Assembly: GCA_029259155.1 (NCBI GenBank)
Contig: JAPDJI010000009.1
Span: forward strand, 1-64,000
Length of the DNA stretch: 64,000 bases
Reading direction: 5' to 3'
Source: Candidatus Methanomethylicia archaeon
GTDB lineage: Archaea > Thermoproteota > Methanomethylicia > Nezhaarchaeales > B40-G2
Position 1 is the first letter of the stretch; the number at the start of each line of letters is the position of its first letter. Shown piece after piece: positions 47,831-57,450 of the stretch. The translations under genes were made by a program, and so were the position numbers. Below the pieces are notes generated by a model. That model saw nothing but the letters and a program-made list of their open reading frames with translations, made no database searches and had not been told where the DNA came from.

Positions 47831-49006
47831 TCACCCGTATAGTCCCAGCTCCCTGGCTATTATGTCGTTATTTATCTCCGTCGTTCCTCCTCCTAGATAT
47901 AGGCCTCCCGCGTCCCTAAAGAACCTATTGACAGGTACTTCACTCGAGAAGCCTAGAGCTCCGTGTATCTTCCAGCCTATGTCGACTGCTCTGAAAGCCA
48001 TCTCGCAGGCAGCGTTCTTAGCCATGGCGGCGGGCATTATAGCTTCACGAGACTCTCTGCCTTTCTGGTCTAAGATCCATGCAGCCCAGTAGACCATGAG
48101 CCTTGCAGCCTCCAGATCTGTTCGGAGAAACGCGAGCTTATGGGCTATGGACTGGAATCTGCCTATAGGCCTACCGAAAGCTATGCGTTGTTTTGCGTAG
48201 TTTAACGCTTCTTCGAAGGCTGCTTCAGCTATTCCTAACGCCAGTGCCCCCGTCACTACTCTTATCTCGGCTAGGATGCCTTGAAGGTACTTTCCTCCTA
48301 CACCGGTGCCTGCTAATGCCATCTTTGCTGGCACCCTAACGTTGTCTAAGGAAAGCTCAGCTTCTTTGAGGCCTCTCATCCCATACTTTGGAATGTGTCT
48401 TCCTACCTGGAAGCCTGGAGTGTCTCTATCGACGACGAAGAAGTCTATGCCCCAGAATTTCTTGCTCTTGTCCGTCATTGCCCCTATTATGAAGAAGTCG
48501 GCGTAAGGAGCTCCAGTACACCAAGTTTTACTGCCGTTTAGAATGAAGTAGTCTCCGTCCCTTACAGCAGTAGTCTTCATGGATCCTAAGTCAGAGCCGG
48601 CTTCAGGCTCAGTGACTGAGAAAGCTCCGTGCTTCGTCCCTTTGATGGCAGGTACTAGGTAGTTTTCCTTGACCTCGTCGTCACCGTACTTCGCTATGAA
48701 GTCGGTGGACTGAAATGCTTGCATGGTGACCTGGAAGGCTACAGGTAATGACCCCCGCGCTATCTCTTCACAGAAGAGGCAGAAGGTCAATACATCGCAG
48801 TTAGAGCCACCGTACTCCTCTGGGTACCTGAGGCCGAAGAACCCCATTTCAGCGAACTTCTTCCATAGCTCCTCGGGGAACTCGTCGGTCTCGTCTATGT
48901 GAGCGGCTAGGGGTTTGACCTCGTTTTCCACGAACCTCCTGACTGTTTCTTTGAAGAGTTCTTGTTCTTCGGTTAACTTAAAGTCCAAGCCCTCCACCTC
49001 TGGCAA
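47831..49006 (-). CDS. Acyl-CoA dehydrogenase
   Basis: FSVTEPEAGSD, LNGSKTW, RIAFGRPIGRFQ, HGALGF, GGGTTEI. Confidence 0.94.
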   Translation of the reverse strand: MPEVEGLDFKLTEEQELFKETVRRFVENEVKPLAAHIDETDEFPEELWKKFAEMGFFGLRYPEEYGGSNCDVLTFCLFCEEIARGSLPVAFQVTMQAFQSTDFIAKYGDDEVKENYLVPAIKGTKHGAFSVTEPEAGSDLGSMKTTAVRDGDYFILNGSKTWCTGAPYADFFIIGAMTDKSKKFWGIDFFVVDRDTPGFQVGRHIPKYGMRGLKEAELSLDNVRVPAKMALAGTGVGGKYLQGILAEIRVVTGALALGIAEAAFEEALNYAKQRIAFGRPIGRFQSIAHKLAFLRTDLEAARLMVYWAAWILDQKGRESREAIMPAAMAKNAACEMAFRAVDIGWKIHGALGFSSEVPVNRFFRDAGGLYLGGGTTEINNDIIARELGLYG

Positions 49007-49531
49007 GGCTAATAGTAGGATTTGAAGGTTTATAGGGTTTATTGAAACTTTTCCATGGGCTGCGCCAAGCTATAACCATGCCCGATTCGATAGCTGGAGT
49101 TTTTCTTTACCGTCGGATGGTTCGTACATCTTCAACAAAAATATAATCGTGTGAGTATCTCTCCCTTATTCTCTTAAGAGATGCATCCACCATGAGTTTT
49201 ATTCAATATTGTTATATGTTATTCTCCATGCCTTATATGATTGTATGTAACTGTATTATTCTTATAAAAATATGGATTTTGGCGGCTTCCTATGCTGACT
49301 TTACTAGCAAGTATAGGCCTTGTAACCTCGAGTTTTTCCTCCAAAGGAGGATAGGCCTGGAACGAAGGCTCCATGAATAATCCCTGAAAAACCCTGATGT
49401 CTGTCCATTAAGAAAAACATCACGCAACGTTGATGGTCAAAAGCTAGGATATAAAATGGTCAAGCTCCGCAGGTAATCGTTAGGTTCAAATACTTTATCC
49501 TTATCTCCTACTTCATAGTTGGTGGGGGTCC

Positions 49532-51214
49532 TTGTTTAAGGAAGAGGAACTTGCACGGATAAAGGAAGAACAAGAGAAATGGCTTCAGGGCCCCGTGAAG
49601 AGGACCTTAGAGAAAACTCCTGAGCGTCGCAAGGAATTCAAGACCTACTCAGGGATACCTCTAAAGGCCATATACACCCCTGAGGACATTAAAGACCTGG
49701 ACTACTTGAGGGACCTAAACTTTCCAGGCCAATTCCCCTACACTCGTGGCATCTACCCCCTCATGTATAGGACTAGGCTATACACCATGCGTCAGTACTC
49801 GGGCTTCGGTACGGCAGAGGAGACTAATGCTAGGTTCAAGTACTTGCTTAAGCACGGCGAGACAGGGCTCAGCATAGCCTTCGACCTACCTACTCAGATG
49901 GGCTACGACCCTGACCATCCCTTAGCGAGAGGGGAGGTAGGTAAGGTAGGTGTCTCGATAAGCACGCTTCATGACTACCAGGTGCTTTACAGAGACATAC
50001 CTATGGATAAGATTAGTGTGCATATCCAGGCTAACGCCAATGCTATCTTCATGCTCGCCATGCATATAGCTGAAGGATTAAACCGAGGCCACCAACCTAA
50101 GGATCTCTGGGGTGCTTGCCAGAACGATATCTTGAAGGAGCTTATTGCTCGAGGTGCTTACATCTACCCGCTCGGCCCCTCTATGAGGCTGTGGGGCGAC
50201 GTCGTAGAGTACTGCGTCAAGAACATGCCTAGGTGGCAGCCCGTTACGGTGTGTCAATTCCATATCCAAGAGGCTGGAGCAAACCACGTTACTGCTTGGG
50301 GTTTAAGTTTAGCCAATGCCATCGCTTACGTTGAGGAAATGTTGAAGAGAGGTTTACCGATCGACGACTTTGCTTTTAACATCTCGGTATGGAACATAGT
50401 ATGTGGACCAGAGCTCTTCGAGGCGGTATGTGGGATTAGGGCAGCTAGGAGGCTATGGGCTAAGATATTGAAGGAGAGGTTCCATGCTAAGCGACCAGCA
50501 TCCATGATGATGAGGATCTTCATGGGCTCCGGAGGCTTTCAGATGACAAGGGCTGAGCCGCTTAACAATGTCGTTAGAGGCACTATCTCAGCCATAGCTG
50601 GAGCCCTAGGGGGAGTCCAAGCCATGAACATCCAGTGTTACGACGAGGCTTACGCTATACCTACCGATGAAGCCATTAAGCTAGCTCTACGCACAGAACA
50701 GATCATTGCTTACGAATCTGGCGTGACCGATGTAATAGACCCATTAGCTGGCTCCTACTTCGTAGAATGGCTTACTAACCAGATAGAGAAGGAGCTTGAA
50801 AGCATCATAGAGGAAATAGACTCGATGGGAGGAGCTGTTGAGGCGATAAGAAAGGGCTACATGCAAAGGATAATCCTACAACAGGCCTATGAATACCAGA
50901 GACGCATAGACAAAGGTGAGCTCATAAGGGTCGGGGAGAACATCTTCGCGGCTGAGGAACATACGCCCATAAAGACCTTTGAGGTTAGACCTGAAGTGGA
51001 GAAGGAACGCGTGGAGTGGATTAGAAAGTTCAGGGAGTCGCGTGATAACAAGAAGGTGAAGGAATCTTTAGAGAAGCTACGTAAAGCAGCGGAGACCAAC
51101 GAGAACCTGGTGCCATATGTGATAGAGGCTGTAAGGGCTAACGCTACGGTAGGTGAGATGGCAGATACCTTAAGGGAGGTCTTCGGCACAGCTGAGGACC
51201 TTGCTGCTCTATGA
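49532..51214 (+). CDS. B12-dependent acyl-CoA mutase, substrate-binding subunit (MCM-like, divergent active site)
   Basis: PGQFPYTRG, MRQYSGF, AFDLPTQMG, QNDILKELIARG, FHIQEAGA, DPLAGSY. Confidence 0.93.
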   Translation: MFKEEELARIKEEQEKWLQGPVKRTLEKTPERRKEFKTYSGIPLKAIYTPEDIKDLDYLRDLNFPGQFPYTRGIYPLMYRTRLYTMRQYSGFGTAEETNARFKYLLKHGETGLSIAFDLPTQMGYDPDHPLARGEVGKVGVSISTLHDYQVLYRDIPMDKISVHIQANANAIFMLAMHIAEGLNRGHQPKDLWGACQNDILKELIARGAYIYPLGPSMRLWGDVVEYCVKNMPRWQPVTVCQFHIQEAGANHVTAWGLSLANAIAYVEEMLKRGLPIDDFAFNISVWNIVCGPELFEAVCGIRAARRLWAKILKERFHAKRPASMMMRIFMGSGGFQMTRAEPLNNVVRGTISAIAGALGGVQAMNIQCYDEAYAIPTDEAIKLALRTEQIIAYESGVTDVIDPLAGSYFVEWLTNQIEKELESIIEEIDSMGGAVEAIRKGYMQRIILQQAYEYQRRIDKGELIRVGENIFAAEEHTPIKTFEVRPEVEKERVEWIRKFRESRDNKKVKESLEKLRKAAETNENLVPYVIEAVRANATVGEMADTLREVFGTAEDLAAL

Positions 51215-51635
51215 GGAGGTGTTTGAGCTGGGTAAGCTCAAGGTGTTGATGGCTAAGCCTGGCCTTGACGGCCACGATAGAGGGGCCAAGGTAGTGTCCA
51301 CGGCGCTTAAGGAAGCTGGCTTTGACGTGATCTATACGGGGAGACATAAGTCAGTGGATGAAATAGTGTCCATGGCTCTTAATGAGAACGTTGACGTAAT
51401 AGGGTTAAGCATACTTTCAGGCGTACACCTTGAAGTCTCACAGGAAGTCCTTAAACAGCTTAAAGAGAAAGGACGCGACATTCCAGTGGTGGTAGGTGGA
51501 GTAATACCTGATAAAGATATACCGAAGCTCAAAGAGATGGGTGTGATCGAAGTCTTTCCAGTGGGTTCAAGGCTCGAAGACATAGTAAAGTTCTTCGATA
51601 AGCTGGCTGAGGAGAAAGCAAAGAAAACTAAATGA
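51201..51635 (+). CDS. Acyl-CoA mutase cobalamin-binding small subunit
   Basis: KPGLDGHDRG (DxHxxG), SILSGVH, VGGVIP; real start probably a few codons downstream. Confidence 0.95.
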   Translation: MLLYEEVFELGKLKVLMAKPGLDGHDRGAKVVSTALKEAGFDVIYTGRHKSVDEIVSMALNENVDVIGLSILSGVHLEVSQEVLKQLKEKGRDIPVVVGGVIPDKDIPKLKEMGVIEVFPVGSRLEDIVKFFDKLAEEKAKKTK

Positions 51636-52842
51636 TCTTTTTCTCCTTCAACCTCTTCAGCTCCTCTTTACTTAGACCCAGCTTCTCACAGTATATCTCT
51701 TCATTATGTTCGCCTAGCCTAGGCGGAAAGCCTAGCGGTAGCTTGGTTAGTTCTTTCTGTGCTTCCATCGTAGATGGCGGTGGTAGGTAGATCTCTACGC
51801 CTGTCTTGAGGTCTTTAGACTTTAGCATTCTATCTGAGACTAAGGGGTCGTTGCATACGTCTTCGAGCGTGTTTATCTTGGTCGAGGGTATTCTGGCTTC
51901 ACTAAGCATGTTTAGGAGTTCTTGGCTTCCGAGGTTAACGGTTATCTGAGAGATCCTACGGATTAGATTATCGGCATCTGCTCTACGTCCTTCATTGGTG
52001 GCATACCTGTCTTCGCGCAGCTCCTTGAATGGAGGCAGCTGAGTAAAGTCTTCCCACTGTCTATCGTTGCCTATAGCTATGTATACGTAGCCATCTTTTG
52101 TGGGAAACACGTCGACCGGCGTGAAGAACGGATGGCGATTGCCCGTCCTGACTATCTTTTGCCCGAACGACTTATGGTGAGGCAGCTTGGTTATGAGCCA
52201 GCTCACAGTGCTATGAAACATGGAGACATCAATCCTACTGCCCTTCCCCGTCACTGCCCTCTTGTAGAGAGCTTTCAGGATCTCAGAATAGGTGTGCTCA
52301 CCGGCCGCCAGGTCGGCTATTGGAATGCCCGGTATCATAGGTGGGCCGTCAGGCTCGCCTGTTAGATCCATGACTCCTGCCCTTGCTTGAAGGATGGGGT
52401 CATAGGCAGCCTCCACGATGTCTGGACCGAAGCCTGTTACGCCTACCCATATTATGTCTTCCTTCACCTCCTTTAAGGTCTCATAGTCAATTCCTAGCTT
52501 CTTGTAGCGGTGTGGTAGCTGATTGGTTGCGAAGACATCGACGTTAAGCTTGACAATTATCTTCTTTAACAGCTCCCTCCCTTCCCCTTCGGCTAGGTTT
52601 AAGGTTATGGACTTCTTGCCCACGTTGTAGGGGAGGAAGTAGGTGTTCATGCCCTCCTCCCCCAGCACGTTCTTTCCCACGAACCTGTTAGGGTCGGGCA
52701 TCAATGGGTTTTCAAGCCTTATTACCGTAGCTCCTTCCAAGGCGAGCTTGTAGGTGGTGTATGGTAATGTTAAGGCTTGCTCCAAGGTTAAGACGGTTAC
52801 TCCCTTTAGTGCTCTTTCAGCCAAAGCTATACACCTTACCAA
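51628..52842 (-). CDS. Family III CoA transferase (CaiB/BaiF)
   Basis: GKKSITLNL, KLGIDYETLK, TGFG, YDPILQARAG, IADLAAG (catalytic Asp), PRLGEHN. Confidence 0.93.
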   Translation of the reverse strand: MVRCIALAERALKGVTVLTLEQALTLPYTTYKLALEGATVIRLENPLMPDPNRFVGKNVLGEEGMNTYFLPYNVGKKSITLNLAEGEGRELLKKIIVKLNVDVFATNQLPHRYKKLGIDYETLKEVKEDIIWVGVTGFGPDIVEAAYDPILQARAGVMDLTGEPDGPPMIPGIPIADLAAGEHTYSEILKALYKRAVTGKGSRIDVSMFHSTVSWLITKLPHHKSFGQKIVRTGNRHPFFTPVDVFPTKDGYVYIAIGNDRQWEDFTQLPPFKELREDRYATNEGRRADADNLIRRISQITVNLGSQELLNMLSEARIPSTKINTLEDVCNDPLVSDRMLKSKDLKTGVEIYLPPPSTMEAQKELTKLPLGFPPRLGEHNEEIYCEKLGLSKEELKRLKEKKII

Positions 52843-52894
52843 GGAGGTATTCTCGTCAAGCTTAACTTTTTCTTAAATAAAAAGATGGTTTACA

Positions 52895-54499
52895 TTAACT
52901 TTTCCTTCCTTCCTTCGGGAACCCTCCATACTGTTCTCTAAGCACTCTGTGGAGTATCTTCCAGCCGCCCATCTTAGGTAAGCTATCGACGAATATCACC
53001 GCTCTAGGTACCTTATATCCCGCGAGCCTCTCCTTGCAGAACTCTATGATCTCTTCTTCAGTAGCTGTCTCGCCCGCCTTGAGAACGATGGCAGCTGCTG
53101 GCAGCTCTCCTCGTTTCTCGTCGTACTTTGCAAACACTGCTGCCTCAGAGACCTTGGGGTGCTTGAGCAACACGTTCTCTACTTCAGCTGGGTAGATCTT
53201 CCACCCAGACATTATAATCATATCCTTCTTCCTACCGGTCACGTAGAGCACCCCTTCTTCATCCAGATACCCTGTGTCTCCTGTCAGGAACCAGCCATCG
53301 GGTAGGAAGGCTTCCTGCGTCTCTTTGGGCCTCTTCCAGTAGCCTTTAGCTACTGATGGGCCTCTAAGAGCTATTTCGCCTACTTCACCAGGAGGAAGTT
53401 CTTTTGAAGGATCTGCCTCATCGACTATCTTGACCTCGCAGTACCCTACAGGTGCTCCTACGCTTCGGTAACCCTTAGACATATGGGAAAACCCTACTGG
53501 GACGGCAGGAGCAGTTCCCACAACTATGGTTTCTGAGAGGCCGTAGGCGTTGACAACCTCTATGTTCGGGTACCGTCTAACAAACTTCTCCCATATCTCC
53601 TGTGGTGTGGGAGCTCCACCTGTTATGATGCGCCTAACGGTCTTCAAGTACTCTTCAGTGCCGGGGGGAGCGTTGACGAGAGCGTGGAGTACAGGCGGCA
53701 TTCCAGACAGTATGGTAGCCCTATACTCACGCGCGAACCGTAGGTAGTCGTTGAACTCGTAGCGATCCATGATTACGAAGGTGGCTCCATACCTAAGCGC
53801 CGTTATCCCCCAGCTGACTCCTACGTGGAAGTGCGGGTAGAAGCCTAGGTATACATCGTCCTCCGTCAACCTCAAAACCCAGCGCTCCGTCTCAACGGCT
53901 GACATCCAATTTCCGTGGGTTAACATAGCTCCCTTGGGGAAGCCCGTCGTACCGGCTGTGTACTGTATTTGGCAGAGATCATCGGCAGAGCAATTTTCAG
54001 GCCTCATCTTAGGTTCTCCCTTCTCGATTAACTCCCTCCATGATATCGTCCCTTCAACAGCCTTATCTAGCAACACGATGTTCTTTAGGTTCGGTGTGTC
54101 TGACTTGACCTGTGAAATCACCTCCTTGTAGGCCTGCTCCAACGTTATTATGGTGTTAGCCTCTGAGTCGTTGAGTATGTGGCGCATTTCTTCGCTTCTA
54201 AAGGTTGGATTAGCTGGCACGGCTATGGCTCCTATCCTCCATATAGCGAAGTAGCTAATTATGGTCTCAGGTCTACTACCAGTATAGACACAGACTCGGT
54301 CTCCTTTGCTTATACCTAGGCTCTTTAACCCGTTGGCGAGTCTATTTACTTTCTCTAATAGGTCCCTGTAGGTATACAGCTCGTGGCGCTTCGGCTCGAC
54401 CATGGCTACCTTGGCTGAGTAGTAATGTACGTTGACGTCTAGGAACGAGGTGAAGTTGGGCATCCTCTTTCCCCCTCTTTTACCACAGTTAACATGCAC
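52895..54499 (-). CDS. AMP-forming acyl/aryl-CoA ligase
   Basis: YTAGTTGFPKG, AYGLSE, TGD, GRKKDMII, YKVPR; start likely the ATG of MPNF. Confidence 0.93.
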   Translation of the reverse strand: MHVNCGKRGGKRMPNFTSFLDVNVHYYSAKVAMVEPKRHELYTYRDLLEKVNRLANGLKSLGISKGDRVCVYTGSRPETIISYFAIWRIGAIAVPANPTFRSEEMRHILNDSEANTIITLEQAYKEVISQVKSDTPNLKNIVLLDKAVEGTISWRELIEKGEPKMRPENCSADDLCQIQYTAGTTGFPKGAMLTHGNWMSAVETERWVLRLTEDDVYLGFYPHFHVGVSWGITALRYGATFVIMDRYEFNDYLRFAREYRATILSGMPPVLHALVNAPPGTEEYLKTVRRIITGGAPTPQEIWEKFVRRYPNIEVVNAYGLSETIVVGTAPAVPVGFSHMSKGYRSVGAPVGYCEVKIVDEADPSKELPPGEVGEIALRGPSVAKGYWKRPKETQEAFLPDGWFLTGDTGYLDEEGVLYVTGRKKDMIIMSGWKIYPAEVENVLLKHPKVSEAAVFAKYDEKRGELPAAAIVLKAGETATEEEIIEFCKERLAGYKVPRAVIFVDSLPKMGGWKILHRVLREQYGGFPKEGRKS

Positions 54500-54551
54500 G
54501 GCTAGTTTTTTCTTTTTAAGGCTTGCCGTCCCGCGTCATGGAAAGTATACT

Positions 54552-55091
54552 TCAATACTCTATGCCCTTCCTTCCCACTATGCCCTTCCTCCATGGATGC
54601 TTAATCTCATTGAACTCAGTGACGTAGTCAGCTTCTTCATATAGCTGAGGAGGAGCTCCTCGTCCGGTGAGGACTAGTTCAACATGTTCAGGCTTCCTCC
54701 TAATAAGCTTCAGTACTTCATCGAGCTTTACTAAGCCGTAATCCAGCGCTACGTTGACTTCATCTAGTATGACTAGGTCGTAGCGCCCACTCACAACAGC
54801 TTCCTCAGCTTTCCTCAACGCTTCCTCTGCTAGCTTAACATCTATATCCTCAGGTCCCTCCTTATCCACGAACTCTTCCCTCCCGAACTGTAAGACTTCG
54901 ATTCCTGGTACGTACCTTACAGCCTTAAGCTCGCCGTATTCTCCCTTTTTCATGAATTGAACTATCAAGACCTTTAGCCCTCTCCCTGCGGCTCTAAGGG
55001 CTAAGCCGAAGGCTGAAGTGGTCTTGCCTGGGCCATTGCCTGTCTTGACGTGGATCAATCCTGTTTTTAACCTAGCTTGCTCCTCGGACAT
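54552..55091 (-). CDS. cobO: Cob(I)alamin adenosyltransferase (CobO/BtuR type)
   Basis: TGNGPGKTTSAFGLALRAAG, QFMK, ILDEV, LTGR, KHP..GIEY. Confidence 0.94.
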   Translation of the reverse strand: MSEEQARLKTGLIHVKTGNGPGKTTSAFGLALRAAGRGLKVLIVQFMKKGEYGELKAVRYVPGIEVLQFGREEFVDKEGPEDIDVKLAEEALRKAEEAVVSGRYDLVILDEVNVALDYGLVKLDEVLKLIRRKPEHVELVLTGRGAPPQLYEEADYVTEFNEIKHPWRKGIVGRKGIEY

Positions 55092-55195
55092 TTCGGCTCA
55101 CATCGGCCTAACTTAAACCGTGAAGCCATATAAATTTTCAGTAAAGAACAGTCGACTGAAATGAGGAGAAGGTCTGTAAAAAGGAAGGGGGATGT

Positions 55196-56098
55196 TTACT
55201 CCTTGGGTATCCCAAAGTAGTCGTAGAAGCCTCCCTTGCTCTTGGGGTTGTACTTTTTGTCTCCTAGGTATCCTGCTTTAACTAGCTTCTTTAGTATTAA
55301 GGGTGGTGCGTAGCGTGGGTCTCCTGTCTCTTGGAATAGGTATTCCATGACGTGGAGCTGTACATCTATACCTGCCATGTCGTGGAGCTCGAAGGGACCC
55401 ATGGGCATGTTGAAGCAGAGCTTAGCCATTTGATCTATTTCCTTTATGCCTGCTATGCCAGCTTCGAAGAGCCTAAACGCTTCACCTGCCCAGGCAGCGA
55501 ACCATCTTGAAGTGAAGAAGCCTGGACCATCGTTGACCACTATGGGTACCTTGCCTATCTTTTTACAGAACTCCACGGCTAGGTCGATGGTCTCCTGTGA
55601 GGTCAAGGCTCCCTTAACTACCTCAACACCTCTCATGATGGGTACGGGGTTGAAGAAGTGGAGCCCTACAAACCTATCGGGCCGGTTAGTGGCAGCGGCC
55701 ATGTCGGTTATCATTAACGACGAGGTGTTGGAAGCGAACACTGTTCGTTCAGGGCATATTTCATCTAGATCTTTGAAGAGTTTCTTTTTCAGGTCCATGA
55801 CTTCAGGGACTGCTTCTATCACCAGGTCAGCGTTGCTGCTAGCTTCTTGGAGGCTGGTGGTGGTTTTGATTCTGGCTAAGGCTTCCTCCACTTCTTTCTC
55901 TGTGAACTTCCCTTTGGCAACTAGCCTACTCATGCTTCCCTTTATGAAGTTGATGGAGAATTTCAGCGCGTCCTCGCTGATGTCCATTAATACCACTTGG
56001 AAACCGGACCTAGCTACGACCTCCGCTATGCCGCTGCCCATTCTTCCTGCTCCAATTTGCGCTACTACTTTTACTTCGTCTATTTTCACTTGGCTCAC
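55196..56098 (-). CDS. 3-hydroxyacyl-CoA dehydrogenase
   Basis: IGAGRMGSGIA, IEAVPE, ASNTSS, GLHFFNP, MPMGPFEL. Confidence 0.94.
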   Translation of the reverse strand: MSQVKIDEVKVVAQIGAGRMGSGIAEVVARSGFQVVLMDISEDALKFSINFIKGSMSRLVAKGKFTEKEVEEALARIKTTTSLQEASSNADLVIEAVPEVMDLKKKLFKDLDEICPERTVFASNTSSLMITDMAAATNRPDRFVGLHFFNPVPIMRGVEVVKGALTSQETIDLAVEFCKKIGKVPIVVNDGPGFFTSRWFAAWAGEAFRLFEAGIAGIKEIDQMAKLCFNMPMGPFELHDMAGIDVQLHVMEYLFQETGDPRYAPPLILKKLVKAGYLGDKKYNPKSKGGFYDYFGIPKE

Positions 56099-56132
56099 CG
56101 AAGCTACCTGCGTTCTTTTCCTGACTTAAGCT

Positions 56133-57005
56133 TTAATGAAGCTTCTCCGCCAACCTGCCGCTCTTCAGTGTATGATACTTCATTCCTACCTCGTCTAAGC
56201 TCATCTCCATGGCTAACCCTATGAGCTGTGTCAAGTACAATACAGGCGTATCCAATGTTTCATTGAATTTCCTGGAAGCCATGACCTGCCCTACATCCAG
56301 TTGGATCAGGCAAGTGGGACATAGCACCGCTATACAGTCGGCTTCAGCTTTTCTAATCTCCAAGGTTTTCTCTCTCACCATTGATAAGGAGAGCTCTTCA
56401 TCAACAGGCCTTATGAAGGCACCGCAGCATAACCCCTCGGAGGGGTAATCTACGACCTCGCAGCCCAAGGCTCTTAAGAGGCTCTTAAACACCTTAGGGT
56501 TCTTAACGTCGTCGTAGTGGCTGAGCTCATCGTAGATATGGCAACCATGGTGTACTGCCACCTTCAACTTTTTCAGCGGCCTGGTTATGCTCTTCGATAA
56601 AGCCTCTAGCCCGACTTCCTCGTAGAGCACCCTGAGTATGCTCTTCACTTTCACCTTTCCTTCATAGCTCTTTTCTACGCTTTCCAAAACCTTGTTTACG
56701 CTCTCCCTAAGCCTTCGATTCGACTTAAGGTCCTCCGCTACCCTAAAAAGCGTAGCATTGCAGCCGTTACAGAGCGTCAATATGTCTATGCCTTCCATCT
56801 CTGCTACCGCTAAGTTCCTGGCGGCTAAGGCATACCAAACCATTTTATTTAGCATCTTCATGGTGGTAGGCTCGGGGCAGCACGTAAAGCCATTTAACCT
56901 TCTGATCTTAATTCCAAGCCTAGCTAGAACCTCGACTGAAACTGCCTCTAAGTGAGGGAGCCTCTGATATATAAGGCACCCTGTGAAGAGAGCATACTTC
57001 TTCAT
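56133..57005 (-). CDS. hdrB: Heterodisulfide reductase subunit B-like
   Basis: FTGC, TCCP, AARNLAVAE, CNGC, HHGCH, CCG, CPTCLIQLDVGQ. Confidence 0.92.
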   Translation of the reverse strand: MKKYALFTGCLIYQRLPHLEAVSVEVLARLGIKIRRLNGFTCCPEPTTMKMLNKMVWYALAARNLAVAEMEGIDILTLCNGCNATLFRVAEDLKSNRRLRESVNKVLESVEKSYEGKVKVKSILRVLYEEVGLEALSKSITRPLKKLKVAVHHGCHIYDELSHYDDVKNPKVFKSLLRALGCEVVDYPSEGLCCGAFIRPVDEELSLSMVREKTLEIRKAEADCIAVLCPTCLIQLDVGQVMASRKFNETLDTPVLYLTQLIGLAMEMSLDEVGMKYHTLKSGRLAEKLH

Positions 57006-57386
57006 TTGGACTCCTCTATGAGCTTTAAGAACCCAAGCTTCTGGTAGATCTTGACGGCCTCCTCGGAGCTGAACTTAAGCTCTGGGAGGTTAAGGTCACG
57101 CCGCCTCTTCAAGGCCATAGAGGTTACGGGGGCGGAGAGTCCTCCTTTAGCTATGGAGGCGGCTACTGCCTTAAACCCATCTATTAGTGGGGCGAGCTTC
57201 TTGAACCTTAATACAGCCACCATGGGAAAGGATAGCCCTATACCTGTCAGCTCCCATGGTCTTCTAGCGTAACTCATGAAGGTTGAACGGTGGATCCTCA
57301 TTTCACATCACATTTATTACTCCGGATACGCGGCAGGACTTATTTATCCTTTGGTGCAGGGAGACTGCTCCTTCCAATTCCTCTAT
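57002..57386 (-). pseudogene. hdrC: Decayed hdrC (C-terminal helical tail kept, FeS motifs lost)
   Basis: Tail KRRRDLNLPEL..EEAVKIYQKLGFLKLIE resembles the HdrC C-terminus and overlaps the hdrB start; upstream remnant IEELEGA..SCRVS..*..FNLHEL with stops. Confidence 0.62.
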
Positions 57387-57450
57387 TTAGAGTGTAGGAA
57401 GCCTAAAGAAGCTATAAATAAGCTTGCTCCTAACCCCTTAAGGCTTAAGG

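Noticed and set aside
49007-49531. Cobalamin riboswitch or small ORF (49192-49380) upstream of the mutase; CCTCC-AAA-GGAGG hairpin
   Set aside because: No B12-box or GGGAA core; the ORF is low-complexity with no recognisable domain; a single short hairpin is not enough evidence
55446-56129. 227-aa plus-strand ORF and many similar Ser/Thr-rich antisense ORFs in the track
   Set aside because: Shadow ORFs opposite well-supported genes
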